From Perkinsela sp. CCAP 1560/9 (taxonomy: Eukaryota; Protista; Euglenozoa: Kinetoplastea), in the NCBI GenBank assembly GCA_965644495.1, contig CBFFSA010000001.1, positions 3,720,001 through 3,784,000 of the forward strand: 64,000 bases of DNA. Reading direction: 5' to 3'. This document shows, in pieces, positions 1-10,395 of this stretch. Positions within the stretch are counted from its first letter, which is position 1, and each line of letters begins with the position of its first letter. Made by a program: the position numbers and the translations under genes. Below the pieces are notes generated by a model. That model saw nothing but the letters and a program-made list of their open reading frames with translations. It was not told the origin of the DNA and searched no databases.

Positions 1-1139
1 TTGCCTTTGCATTTCTGGACCCTCATAGCGTGTTACGGATTCCGGCTGCAGATGTCTCAGAGAAGGAGGAAGAGAATGACAGGGATAAAATCTTTTTGAA
101 ACTTCTTGAACACGTTTCTAAAGAACAATTTTTGTTAGTCTATCATGAAAAATTGGCCTCTCAGCTCTTAAAATCTGACAAGTCGAACATAGATAACGAA
201 TCTAGCAGTATCGATCGCCTCGAGAGACTGCTGGGAGAAAATAGCGTAAACTCGTTTCGAATTATGCTTAGTGACGTTGTGGCTTCGCACCGACTTGAGC
301 AAAGTATCCAAAAGAAGCCGCGATCCAGGATAGCTCGCGATACTTCTTCAGTTCAGGTGGCATTTACCATACTTTCAGAAAGTTTTTGGCCGAAGTTTCC
401 TACAGAAAGCGCCGTTGGCATTCGCTGGCACCCTAAAATTGATGAGCACTTAAAAACAATTTCTCGTGTATACGAGACGAAGTACTCTAGACGCACTTTG
501 AGTTGGCATATAGCCCATAGCGAGGTGGAGATAGAGCTTGAGCAAATCAATGACAAAAGAACAAAAGAACACGCTCACATCTTGACGGTAAACGTAGTAC
601 AAGCAAGTGCTCTACTTTATATAGTTGAAACATTGCCCGTACTGTCGGCATCTTTAGGGATTCCTGGAAATGATTTCGTACAAGGGATGAAAACATCAAT
701 CATTTCGAAGAAATTGGGAATCTCGGTATCGATGTTATCCGGATATTTACATGATCTTGTACCGACTACACTAAAATATTATCCCGGGAACGAACCGGTT
801 TATGTACTTTCAACAAATAGATCGTTTCCATCAGAATTCTTGAGTAATACAAAGGAAGCTACAAGCAACAAAGATAAGGGAGCGGGCGAGCATGACCGTG
901 AAGACGAATCAAAAGAGGTAAACGACATTCAACCGATGATAGATTCAGTGTGCCACTCTATTCTTTCATATTTGCAAAGCAGTGCTGTCCCCAAAGCGCA
1001 GTCACAAATTGAAAGTTCTTTACGGATTTTCGGTCAGTTACCAAGGGGTGCTCCAATAAACCTCATAGGGAACTGCATTTCAACATTAGAAATAGATGAC
1101 AAGGTCTTGCGCAGGAATAACAAGTTTACATTGAAGTAA
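1..1139 (+). CDS. APC2: Anaphase-promoting complex subunit 2 (cullin-homology C-terminal part), 5'-partial
   Basis: Frame is open from the window edge. Cullin/APC2 motifs: KEQFLLVYHEKLASQLL, RIMLSDVVASHRL, ILSESFWP, RTLSWHIAHSEVEIEL, plus a C-terminal winged-helix-like region. Confidence 0.75.
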   Translation, partial: AFAFLDPHSVLRIPAADVSEKEEENDRDKIFLKLLEHVSKEQFLLVYHEKLASQLLKSDKSNIDNESSSIDRLERLLGENSVNSFRIMLSDVVASHRLEQSIQKKPRSRIARDTSSVQVAFTILSESFWPKFPTESAVGIRWHPKIDEHLKTISRVYETKYSRRTLSWHIAHSEVEIELEQINDKRTKEHAHILTVNVVQASALLYIVETLPVLSASLGIPGNDFVQGMKTSIISKKLGISVSMLSGYLHDLVPTTLKYYPGNEPVYVLSTNRSFPSEFLSNTKEATSNKDKGAGEHDREDESKEVNDIQPMIDSVCHSILSYLQSSAVPKAQSQIESSLRIFGQLPRGAPINLIGNCISTLEIDDKVLRRNNKFTLK

Positions 1140-1321
1140 AAAAGCATGATTATTTATTGCGTTAGTTGCACCAACATTGCTTTCCTTGAAGGCTACAAAA
1201 CAGTGACGCATGGCCTTTAGCACATTCCACACGTTGTTACACAAGCCTGTGATCCGCTAACCAATAGAAAGTGTCCCTCTCCCTTGTTAATGCTAAAAAT
1301 GTGTATTACCAATTTTCAGTA

Positions 1322-1881
1322 CAGAGCGGAACTTAATTACGGGGCACCATAGTTAAGGGACACCCCCTTTGGGGTCAAAAGTGTCCCTTAGCTTTCAGCT
1401 GTCTTATGGAAAAGGGCGATATTACATACACCATTATTGTGTTTTAACAATTTTTTTTCTTGCAAATACTGTCCCCCCCCTTAAGAGCACCCGGTCAGAC
1501 CCCCCCGTTTAAGCGCACATAGAGTTGAGATGCGGACTCCGGCGCCACGAAGCGGCGCCAAATTTGTTTTTACGTACTGATTCAGACCCCCCCGTTTAAG
1601 CGCACTTTTCACGGAAAACGAGGTGCGCTTAAACGGGGGGGACAGTATATCTTCTCATGGAGCCGCACCAAGTCCAAGTTTCAGCAAGATCAATTTCAAC
1701 CAGTGTCCCTGTGGTCGGCGAACTTGCGCTTGAGGAACGTGGAAAGGCTGAAAATGGGACCCACAACACTTTGTTACGGGCAGTGGGAGCGAAACTCCCA
1801 AGGCCCAAGTGCCCCTTCATTAAGTGTCCCGTAATTAAGTTGTCCCGTAATTAACGTGTCCCGCAATTAAATCCCGCTCTG
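1322..1881. mobile_element. Non-autonomous Tc1/mariner-type MITE (560 bp)
   Basis: Imperfect ~26-bp TIRs (CAGAGCGGAACTTAATTACGGGGCAC ... GTGTCCCGCAATTAAATCCCGCTCTG) with TA on both sides (1320-21, 1882-83). Subterminal GTGTCCCGTAATTAA repeats. Confidence 0.8.
1469..1645. mobile_element. 177-bp MITE nested inside the 1322-1881 MITE
   Basis: TIRs CTGTCCCCCCCCTTAAGAGCAC / GTGCGCTTAAACGGGGGGGACAG, TA-flanked. Internal direct repeats TCAGACCCCCCCGTTTAAGCGCAC. Confidence 0.7.
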
Positions 1882-1984
1882 TACATGATATCAGCGCAAT
1901 GGCGCAAATTCATGTACTATATCCCCCCCTGCTTATGAGTTCCCCCAATTGAGGTACGCTTAAGAGTTCCTTGTTCTAAAGTGA

Positions 1985-2980
1985 ATGGCTTTGTACCCAC
2001 TTTTCGCTACGGAATCGCTCACTAAGTGGGTACCCATAATTAGCACATTTTGTTCTTTATTTTTTACAATGCAGAGTGTCATATTCCAAATACATTATTT
2101 CCTTTCTGCGGCAGAAGATCAACCCCCCCGCTCCTCGTGTCTGAGACGTGGAAAAGTCGATGTCTCGTTGCTCTCCCACCTGGAGCTACTCGATCAGTTT
2201 GTCCAGCACGTACGAAACCGTCCCAAAAGTTGGACTGTCGGGAAGCATTCTCACGCATGCCATTGGAGAGGCATTACATGTGACTCTAACCGGCAGGTGG
2301 TACGACTTCTGTGGGATAATCTCGAGCTGCGGGGAAACCTCACCTTTGGGTTACTCCCCGTAACGCTGCGGTCGCTGCGGGTGTCAGAAAACGGGTGTGC
2401 TGGTAGTGTCGCCGAGCACAATTGGCCCCCCAATCTTGAGCTCGTGAAAATGGGTCGAAATCAGTTCTCCGGCGACGTGCCTTGGGAACTTTTTCCGAAG
2501 GGCACTGAGCATATTGATTTCCATAATAACCGCTTTGAAGGTCCGTTACAGGCAGAGAAGTTGCCCCAGACACTGGTAACACTGAACGTGGCTTACAACA
2601 AATTCCAGGGCCACTTGGATCTCACCTCGCTCCCCCGTTCGTTAAGGATTTTGGACTTGGAAAACAATCAGTTCACAGGAAAAATTGCTCTTCACACGCT
2701 TCCTAACGGAATGCGTAGATTATTTTTAAATGGGAACCACCTAGAGGGTTCAGTAGCTATTGGGGTGCTTCCCAAAGGCATGCAACAGATTTCGCTGGCT
2801 TCAAACTCATTTAAAGGGGAATTACGCTTGGAAGTGGAGGAAGCGCAACTTCCTCGGGGTTTATTCTTCATTGATATATCACACAATTCCTTCGTGTTGT
2901 TACCTGAGTGGTTGCCATCTATCTTCATCTTAAGCGAATCACAAAAACGAATACGCGACGGTTTAGCTAACGCACGTTAG
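1985..2980 (+). CDS. LRR protein (22-aa repeats, plant-like LRRNT cap); start may be ATG 2069
   Basis: RRGKV motif, W...C.W.G..C cap, then repeats of LPxxLxxLxLxxNxFxGxLxL. Confidence 0.9.
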   Translation: MALYPLFATESLTKWVPIISTFCSLFFTMQSVIFQIHYFLSAAEDQPPRSSCLRRGKVDVSLLSHLELLDQFVQHVRNRPKSWTVGKHSHACHWRGITCDSNRQVVRLLWDNLELRGNLTFGLLPVTLRSLRVSENGCAGSVAEHNWPPNLELVKMGRNQFSGDVPWELFPKGTEHIDFHNNRFEGPLQAEKLPQTLVTLNVAYNKFQGHLDLTSLPRSLRILDLENNQFTGKIALHTLPNGMRRLFLNGNHLEGSVAIGVLPKGMQQISLASNSFKGELRLEVEEAQLPRGLFFIDISHNSFVLLPEWLPSIFILSESQKRIRDGLANAR

Positions 2981-3242
2981 CTAAATCATAAAAGAACACG
3001 AAATAAAGATTCTTTCAAAAACAAAAGACTTTTTAAAACAGAAGCGTGTATATTAATTTTGAGTCAAGTGACCTGAAAAGTGTACCCGAAAGATACATTC
3101 TTTTAAACTGTTGATTTCAAGATTGTACGTATTCCCTTAGTCTCCTTCATCCATTAATTTTATTACATTTCGTCATGATATTTTAAATTTAAGGCGCAAG
3201 CTTGGTGCCGCCGCGGGGTACGGTAGCTGGGCGAAGGGTGTA

Positions 3243-3626
3243 CAGAGGGGACGATATATAAAATTTATCATCTGAAAAAAGAATGATTTATTGACCCCCT
3301 TTATACTTCGCCCATTTTGAGCAGTAACGAAGTATAAAGGGGGGTCTGAATTTTTTCTCCGCTGTAAAAAAAAGGCAGCGCCGCTTCGCGACGCGGCTCT
3401 TCCAGTTTTCCTGCCTCTCCTTTTATATCACCTTCCATTTCTAGAAGAGAAGACTTAGAACGTTCTTGTTTTTTTCTAAAGTTTTAAGAAAAATTACGTA
3501 ATTTTTAAAAAACAATCGTCCCCCCTCCGGGGGGCACACGAAGAACGAAGTATAAAGGGGTGGGGTCTGACCAGCGAAGTATAAAGGGGGGGGGTCACAG
3601 TACATTAATTTCAAGGGGGGTCACAG
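3243..3626. mobile_element. Degenerate MITE remnant(s) with subterminal repeats
   Basis: CGAAGTATAAAGGGGG repeated at ~3328, 3547 and 3575, inverted at ~3293. Ends GGGGTCACAG-TA twice. TA-CAGAGGGGACGAT (3241) is mirrored by ATCGTCCCCCCTC (~3515). Confidence 0.5.
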
Positions 3627-3760
3627 TACTAAAAAAGGTCCACACAAAGGATCTTGTTACTGTGTCAAGTCTTTGTCCAGCATAACCAACTCATCCTTTA
3701 TTTCTCCTTCTTCCTCCACCCTTTTCTACCTTCTCCCCCCTCTTATTTCTTCTCCTTTCC

Positions 3761-4843
3761 ATGTCTTCCACCTCCGCCGAATCTCCCCCCTCCCCCCACT
3801 GGGGTTTTGACATTGCCTCCACGTTTGCCGCGGGCCTTGTTGCGGGGTGCTGCTCCCGGACCCTCACCGCGCCCCTGGACCGCATCAAGCTCCTGATGCA
3901 GGAGGGCCGCATCCTGCAGCACACGATGCCCCACCCCACGGTGCACATCCTGGCGCGTGACCTGCAGCGTCCCCGGTACAACCTCCCGGAGGTCGTGCGC
4001 GTGGTGATGCGGGAGGGGGGGCTCAGCTCCTTCTGGCGCGGCAACGGCATCAACTGCCTGAAAGCGGGGCCGGAGTTCGCGACGATGTTCACCGCGCGCC
4101 ACTTCTTTGAGTCCCAGTTCGGGTCCTCCCCGGGGGAGGGGACCCGCGCCGAAGGGGAGCGTACGAACGTGTTGGAGAACTTTGTGCTGGCGGGGGCTGC
4201 CGGGGCGACGGCACAGATTCTGATCTACCCAATGGAGCTGATTAAGGCCCGTATGGCGGTGGCCAGTGCGGGGGAGTTTCGTGGCCTGGGGGATTGTGTC
4301 GTGCAGTGCTGGCGACGGGGTGGGGCGCGAGAGTTCTACAAGGGACTGGGAGCTAACCTTTCGGGGATTGTCCCGAATCGTGGTATCGAGATGGGATTGT
4401 TTTTCACCTTAGAGGACCTGTGGAGAAGCAGCACGGGGGAAGCCCCGCCGGTGAAGGCGCTGACAGTGATGGGGGCGGTGTCCTCGACCATCGCACAAAT
4501 TGCGACCTACCCGTTGAATTTAGTGCGGCTGAAAATGCAAATTCAAGGGGTGAACGGACGCCCGGTTATCTACTCCTCCATGTTTCACTGCATCACCCAT
4601 ATTTTTCGCAATGAGGGATACAGAGGTTTGTTTCGTGGGATCCTTCCCAATCTAATGAAAGGGGTACCTGCTTCCACTTCTATGTACGTTATCTTTCGAG
4701 GTACGAAGAATGCGATAGATTCGCAATTAGATCCATTGAAAGGTATAAAAAAGGAGAGCACGAAGCCTGAAGTCCAAAACTTGCCAGTCACTACATCCCC
4801 AGAGAGTGTTGCCATTGCAACGCCGGATACAGTGGCTGAGTAG
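3761..4843 (+). CDS. Mitochondrial carrier (SLC25), ATP-Mg/Pi-carrier-like without EF hands
   Basis: Three Px[DE]xx[KR]-type signatures (PLDRIK, PMELIKAR, PLNLVRLK) and WRGNGINCLK. Confidence 0.9.
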   Translation: MSSTSAESPPSPHWGFDIASTFAAGLVAGCCSRTLTAPLDRIKLLMQEGRILQHTMPHPTVHILARDLQRPRYNLPEVVRVVMREGGLSSFWRGNGINCLKAGPEFATMFTARHFFESQFGSSPGEGTRAEGERTNVLENFVLAGAAGATAQILIYPMELIKARMAVASAGEFRGLGDCVVQCWRRGGAREFYKGLGANLSGIVPNRGIEMGLFFTLEDLWRSSTGEAPPVKALTVMGAVSSTIAQIATYPLNLVRLKMQIQGVNGRPVIYSSMFHCITHIFRNEGYRGLFRGILPNLMKGVPASTSMYVIFRGTKNAIDSQLDPLKGIKKESTKPEVQNLPVTTSPESVAIATPDTVAE

Positions 4844-5176
4844 TGGTTACAAATCCAATACACCGTATCCTGACAAACCAGTTCTTTGTAGTTTTGAGGT
4901 CGCGCAAAATTCTAGTCCAGATCCACTTACAGCGACTTATATTTTCCGAATTGTAATTCGGAGCCTATGTTTATCTTGACCATACTCACGTTATGTCCCT
5001 CTGCTTGTTGTCACGCGTATACTTTTAAATGGGCGGTAGAATTATGAGGTGTAGTCCCACAGCGCATGTGTTTTTCGTGAGTAATCGTCAACGTATCCCG
5101 ATCATCTCATTTTTCTTACATGACTAGATTTTTTTCTTTCCCCATTTGATCTATACAGACTTCTTACGCAAACGCC

Positions 5177-6685
5177 ATGTGGCGAAAAACCCTTGCGCGG
5201 CATTTCCAAGCCAAAATGGGTGACCTCCCGGACGTCCGCCCCGTCTCCTTTCACATGCTCTACAACAGCTGCACCCAACACAAACACGCCACCGTCACCA
5301 TTGACTGCCTCTACCGCTCCATCCCCATGTCCGCTGCCGCCTACCTCCTCTGGAGTACCCCCCACGGCACTGACCCCTCCACCCCCCTCCACGCCGCCCT
5401 CATCGACAACAACACCACCCACGCCCTCCCCGCGATCGAGGCCGAGTTCGCCAACGTGGAAAAGAACTCCGGGCTGCGCTACGACCACATCCGCTATCTC
5501 ATTGTCACCCACATCCATCCCGACCACGCAGGCGCCACCGGGGCGTTGCTCCAGAAATGTCCCAATGCCACAGTGCTGTGTCACCCGAGCGCCGTGCGCC
5601 ATCTCGTGGACCCGAGCTACCTGACCGCCGCAGTCACTAAGGTCTATGGAAAAGCAAAGTTCAAAGAGCTCTACGGGGAACTGCTGCCGTGTGAGCCCTC
5701 ACGCGTACGCGCGGTGGGGGATAACGAAACCGTGGAGCTCGGGCCGGAGCGCACACTTCGGTTTTACCATGTCAGCGGCCACGCGAGGCATCACATGGTG
5801 GTGTGGGACGGCCTGACGCGGAGTGTGTTCACCGGGGACGCGTTCGGGGTGCGCTACCCCTGGCTGGAGCTCTACAACGTCCGGGAGTCGTTCTACTTCC
5901 CCTCCACCCCCCCGAGTGAGTTCAGCGCGGCGGAGCAACGGGAGGGGGTGGAGCGGATTCTCGCGCTCAAGCCGCGGCGGGCGTATTTGACGCATTATGG
6001 GATGGCGGAGGATTTGGAGAAGGGGGCGCGGCAGCTGAGGGATGCGCTGGATTTTCACGAGGTCGTGCAACGTGGGATGGAGAAAAAGCTGATACAGGAA
6101 ATGGAAAAAGAAGACTCGAGGGAAGGGGATCTCGAGGCGAGTCTTATGGAGAACGGCAAATCGGAGATACGCCGGTGGTTGGAAGATGCTTTACGAGAAA
6201 AGGGTTTGTCCTCGGATGATGGGGATTTTTGGGGCTTTTTTAACGCTGAGGTAGATCTCAATGCCCAAGGATTGCTGTGCGCCGCGAAAAAGAGAATCAA
6301 AGATAACCCTTCAGGTGTTCGTGAAGATTTATTAAAGGAAAGGAAGCCGGAGCGCGTAAAAGATCAATCCCCACAAGAGCCAGTGGGTGAGGTGGACGAC
6401 GAAGAGCCCACTCTTGTGGCACCAGAAAACACATCTCCTATCACGCCCAAGACATTGTCGGTACAAACACCAATCTCACAGATGACCAAAGATGAACTCG
6501 AAATTAGTTTTAGAGAGTTAGGACTTGAACGATATTGCAACTTGATTCGAGAGCAAGAGCTTGACGGATTCGTCTTTTCTCACATGTTGGATGCGGACAT
6601 GAGAAAGATATTTCCTAATCTTTCTTATGGCGCTTTTACGAGATTACGCTTGCTTCGAGATCGTGACGCATCTTTAGAAAAATAG
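5177..6685 (+). CDS. Metallo-beta-lactamase-fold hydrolase with C-terminal SAM domain
   Basis: THIHPDHAG (HxHxDH), GHARHH, FTGDAFG and LTHYG motifs. C-terminal SAM-like segment ELGLERYCNLIREQELDG...LDADMRKI...LSYG. Basic N-terminus resembles a mitochondrial presequence. Confidence 0.85.
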   Translation: MWRKTLARHFQAKMGDLPDVRPVSFHMLYNSCTQHKHATVTIDCLYRSIPMSAAAYLLWSTPHGTDPSTPLHAALIDNNTTHALPAIEAEFANVEKNSGLRYDHIRYLIVTHIHPDHAGATGALLQKCPNATVLCHPSAVRHLVDPSYLTAAVTKVYGKAKFKELYGELLPCEPSRVRAVGDNETVELGPERTLRFYHVSGHARHHMVVWDGLTRSVFTGDAFGVRYPWLELYNVRESFYFPSTPPSEFSAAEQREGVERILALKPRRAYLTHYGMAEDLEKGARQLRDALDFHEVVQRGMEKKLIQEMEKEDSREGDLEASLMENGKSEIRRWLEDALREKGLSSDDGDFWGFFNAEVDLNAQGLLCAAKKRIKDNPSGVREDLLKERKPERVKDQSPQEPVGEVDDEEPTLVAPENTSPITPKTLSVQTPISQMTKDELEISFRELGLERYCNLIREQELDGFVFSHMLDADMRKIFPNLSYGAFTRLRLLRDRDASLEK

Positions 6686-7015
6686 AGTGTTAAGGTGAAT
6701 GTACGTGCTCGTGGACCGTATCTGTAAGTAAGAAAATACTTACGTAATTTGCTCGGGTTGTACATTTAGCTGGATGCAGTGTAGTGTAGCTTTGATACGC
6801 CACAGCGTCGTACGAAACCGTACACGCTGATTCACTATACTGAGCCTTACGGTGTATTTATACCTTTGTACTACCTTTGTATTCCCTCCTTCGCAGCTGG
6901 TAATGGACGAAATCTTCCGAACATTTTTTCAATCATGATCTACCACTAGATTTAAATTATTAAAAAGTGTTTCAACGGAAGCACAAGTACCTTTAGTAAA
7001 TTACCTTGAGATCGC

Positions 7016-7132
7016 ATGGTGAGCTCAGCACTTCATTTTTCTTGCATCGACGCATCCATTCCTCCAAGTGAACGACCTCGTCTGGGTCGGGTGCGAGGTG
7101 CCGAGCTCTCTCAAGAAATTCGCAGTAATTAG
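7016..7132 (+). pseudogene. Truncated 5' stub of an LRR-family gene
   Basis: Translates MVSSALHFSCIDASIPPSERPRLGRVRGAELSQEIRSN*, i.e. the family N-terminal motif with no LRRs following. Confidence 0.7.
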
Positions 7133-7370
7133 TGTGCTGAAAATTTTGCGCTTGACGAATGAAGTGTTGTCTCCGTGGAGGGATTCAGAATATTACTGAA
7201 TTTTGGTTTTCTATTTACATGTACTTTATTCTGTCGAGCTCAGGGTCTAGAGGTTTTCCTGTTACACTCAGGTAATCTGAGAGATAATCTGATTACATAA
7301 TCTGATATTATGTAATCGTGTTCCCTATGCTCATGAACTAGCAACATTTTTTCAAAAGCAAGACTATACA

Positions 7371-8198
7371 ATGTATAGAGTTTTACAAATGTTATTTTTT
7401 ACCAGTATTAATGGTTACCAGTATTTTTTACCAGTTAGTTATCCGTGCGAAAACTTTTGTATGCTTTGCGAACCCAGTGGACGCGTTTTTGCTGATGTAA
7501 GGACAGCCAGGAGAGAAGTATTTTTACCCCTCCCGACCACTCTTCCTTCACATTGTTTCGGTGACGACGCATCTGGATCAAATACGCGCATTTTAGCTTT
7601 GAATTTTCAACAAAAGAGGCTTCTACTTACTCCTCTGCGAACGGACTTGGTGTGTATTTTATGGATTCCATTTGAAATGGGAATCAACGTAAAAGGGGGA
7701 GTACGCATTCCTGCTGGAGTTAGCATTGAAATCAGAACCAATGACAAAATAGTTATTGTTCCCGCTACTGTACCCCTCGATAGAGATTCCCATAATGTGC
7801 ATGTTGAAACGTTTAAATCTGAGGCTGCGCATTGTACATTTGTCGTATACGTCCCTGATAGACACAGTGTAGAAGATTCATTGCCCTTAAAAGGTTCGAA
7901 ATACGCACACACAAAAAAGTCTATGTATTCTGTATCCCATGGTAAACATAGAAGAATATCGAAAATGAGAGTCCATTGCCCTGTTGAACGTCAACCATCA
8001 AAATTGCCTGAAATGCATGAAGGCTTCTCCAATAAAATAGAGAATCAAGAAGAAGAAAACACTTTTTGTAAGGAAGAACAAGATGAAGTTTCCGTGCAAA
8101 AACCATTTTGCCGATACGGCAAACACTGTTATCAAAAAAATGATCACCATCTTAACACTTTTCGACACGATTTTGAGAATAGTGTAGATGTGGTTTGA
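7371..8198 (+). CDS. Hypothetical protein with C-terminal PBZ (poly(ADP-ribose)-binding, APLF-type CCHH) zinc finger
   Basis: KPFCRYGKHCYQKNDHHLNTFRH matches the PBZ pattern CxYGxxCYxKNxxHxxxFxH. Confidence 0.75.
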   Translation: MYRVLQMLFFTSINGYQYFLPVSYPCENFCMLCEPSGRVFADVRTARREVFLPLPTTLPSHCFGDDASGSNTRILALNFQQKRLLLTPLRTDLVCILWIPFEMGINVKGGVRIPAGVSIEIRTNDKIVIVPATVPLDRDSHNVHVETFKSEAAHCTFVVYVPDRHSVEDSLPLKGSKYAHTKKSMYSVSHGKHRRISKMRVHCPVERQPSKLPEMHEGFSNKIENQEEENTFCKEEQDEVSVQKPFCRYGKHCYQKNDHHLNTFRHDFENSVDVV

Positions 8199-8417
8199 GT
8201 GAACTACACCTTGCTTTCCTAGAGAAATTGCTAAACAGATTAGCAATATTACCTAAATACCGAGTATAAAGTATGTACCTACTATATTGTACTATATCTA
8301 TCATTCATCCTCTTGTATACTGCCCCCCCCCTTGTTTGTACGATAATTATATTAAAAAATCTTTTAGAGAATTTTTATTTTGTCGGACTACTTTCTTTGG
8401 CATACATATTTATTCTC

Positions 8418-9014
8418 ATGAATTGCAAACTCGGGTTATTCGCCGCGGACACGAGTTACACCGCTACTCGGTTGGGTCGCGTAAGTGCTGCGCTGTCGCA
8501 AGAATATCGGCTTTTAATGTTTCTTCAGAATGTGTCTAATCTAAGTCCCTCGTGGGACTCACACACTCCTGCATGTCAGTGGGATGGTGTAAACTGCAAT
8601 CAAGACGGAGAAGTAACAGACATCAACTGGGCGGGGAAAAAATTGGAAGGAACACTTGATTGGAAAAGTCTACCGGAAAGTCTTCTTGAGTTGCGGCTCT
8701 ATTCAAACAGGTTGTCAGGTAGCATTGTTCTCGGAGACTTACCTCGCAATTTGAGGTACTTCAGCGTGGGATCGAATAAATTTTCCGGGAGCATTAACCT
8801 CCAGAAAGCACCAAAAGCAATGGAACGACTTCTTGCTGGTGATAATAAGCTTTCGGGTCCTGTGTATTTTGATAATTTGCCGCCGAACTTAAGCTTTCTT
8901 TACTTGTCTAGGAATGCAAAGCTTTCAGGTAGCGTGGACGAGTCGATATTGCCCTGTAGATTGAAAAACGGAAGTCTTTATATTGATGGATCGTACATAG
9001 TGTACTCCCCTTAG
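8418..9014 (+). CDS. LRR protein
   Basis: RLGRVSAALSQEY motif, WDSHTPACQWDGVNC cap, ~4 LRRs. Confidence 0.9.
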   Translation: MNCKLGLFAADTSYTATRLGRVSAALSQEYRLLMFLQNVSNLSPSWDSHTPACQWDGVNCNQDGEVTDINWAGKKLEGTLDWKSLPESLLELRLYSNRLSGSIVLGDLPRNLRYFSVGSNKFSGSINLQKAPKAMERLLAGDNKLSGPVYFDNLPPNLSFLYLSRNAKLSGSVDESILPCRLKNGSLYIDGSYIVYSP

Positions 9015-9397
9015 CTATCTGCCGTATCTGCACCCTCTAGTCAGCTGTTTTTTTTCGCTTTTCGAAAAAGTGTGACAGATAACTAGGAAGATTCAGTAAG
9101 ATGAAATGTATAGATTTTATACTGTAAAGAACAACGTACAACGTGCAATACCTTGTATTGCGGAATATCAGTAACGTCAAGAAAAGATCTTTACTTCTGT
9201 TTATGTGTGTATAGCAGTTGTGTATGCGTGGTATCAACCAAACTCGATTTGATGCATTGACGTCAGGAGTCACTGATTTTTGAACCGAAAAGTTCTCTTT
9301 TCCTTTCAAAAGCAGTTTGTTGCATCCACTTTTGAGTAGATCGTGTCGCATCCAAAAAACTGTGTTTACTTTTCTAATACATGTCATTTGTCGTAAC

Positions 9398-10195
9398 ATG
9401 ATCGAGTGCCATTCCTTGATCAGGGCAGCAACTGTTGATGATGAAAATTTCGGCCGTTCACGAACCAGCAAAGTTCGTGGCGCAGAATTTTCACCGGAGA
9501 TCCTTTTACCTCTTTTTATGCAATTTGTTATTAATCGGCGATCAACTTGGAATCAGGATATGTCCGTGTGCCATTGGACTGGAGTATATTGTAGTTCCAT
9601 TCTTCCTCCAGTTGTTAGTCGAATTATAGTCCCAACAGCAAGATTACGGGGAAATATTACATGGAAGTATTTGCCTCAATCCGTCGAAGTTCTCCGCTTT
9701 CCACAAAACTTATTAAGCGGTGAGATTCAGCTTGCGTACCTCACGAGGCATCGCGGTTTGCGTATTTTATCTTTGGAGTGTAACTTGTTTTCCGGTAGTA
9801 TATCACTTGATGCTTTACCTTATCGGTTGACAGAATTTAATGTCTCGCAAAATGATCTTTCAGGAAATCTTGATTTTAAACATCTGCCGCAGACCTTGGT
9901 AAATCTCCGATTGCAACATAATAGATTTTCAGGGGGGATTGAGCTGCGCTCTTTGCCCAAAGGACTTAGAGAACTAGATGTAAGTCACAATCATTTGTAT
10001 GGTTCATTAGATTTCTCTTCGTTAGCAACCGCCGAATGTGCCCACGGACTAACCTTAAAATTGTATAAAAATCAATTTAGCGGAGTCGCAGATTGTAGCC
10101 CAGTGCCGCAGAGTTGCATCGTTCAACTTTGGTCGAACCGTGTCACTGAATATCATCCTATGGATCTCCCGATGAACATACAGATAGATCCCTAA
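9398..10195 (+). CDS. LRR protein
   Basis: SKVRGAEFSPE motif, CHWTGVYC cap, ~6 LRRs. Confidence 0.9.
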   Translation: MIECHSLIRAATVDDENFGRSRTSKVRGAEFSPEILLPLFMQFVINRRSTWNQDMSVCHWTGVYCSSILPPVVSRIIVPTARLRGNITWKYLPQSVEVLRFPQNLLSGEIQLAYLTRHRGLRILSLECNLFSGSISLDALPYRLTEFNVSQNDLSGNLDFKHLPQTLVNLRLQHNRFSGGIELRSLPKGLRELDVSHNHLYGSLDFSSLATAECAHGLTLKLYKNQFSGVADCSPVPQSCIVQLWSNRVTEYHPMDLPMNIQIDP

Positions 10196-10395
10196 ATTAT
10201 TTGTGAACTTTAAGTACTCCAGCACGTGGTCGCATGTACTCGGCAAATCGTACGCCGTACTCGGTAAGGTATGTAAATAGTAAATAAACTTCGCCCAGTT
10301 TCAATGAAAACGAAATGTAAAGGGAGATAATAATTAAAAAAATTAACGTTCTTAAATTTCTCCCTTTCAAAAAATAAACACACCCCAACGAGATA

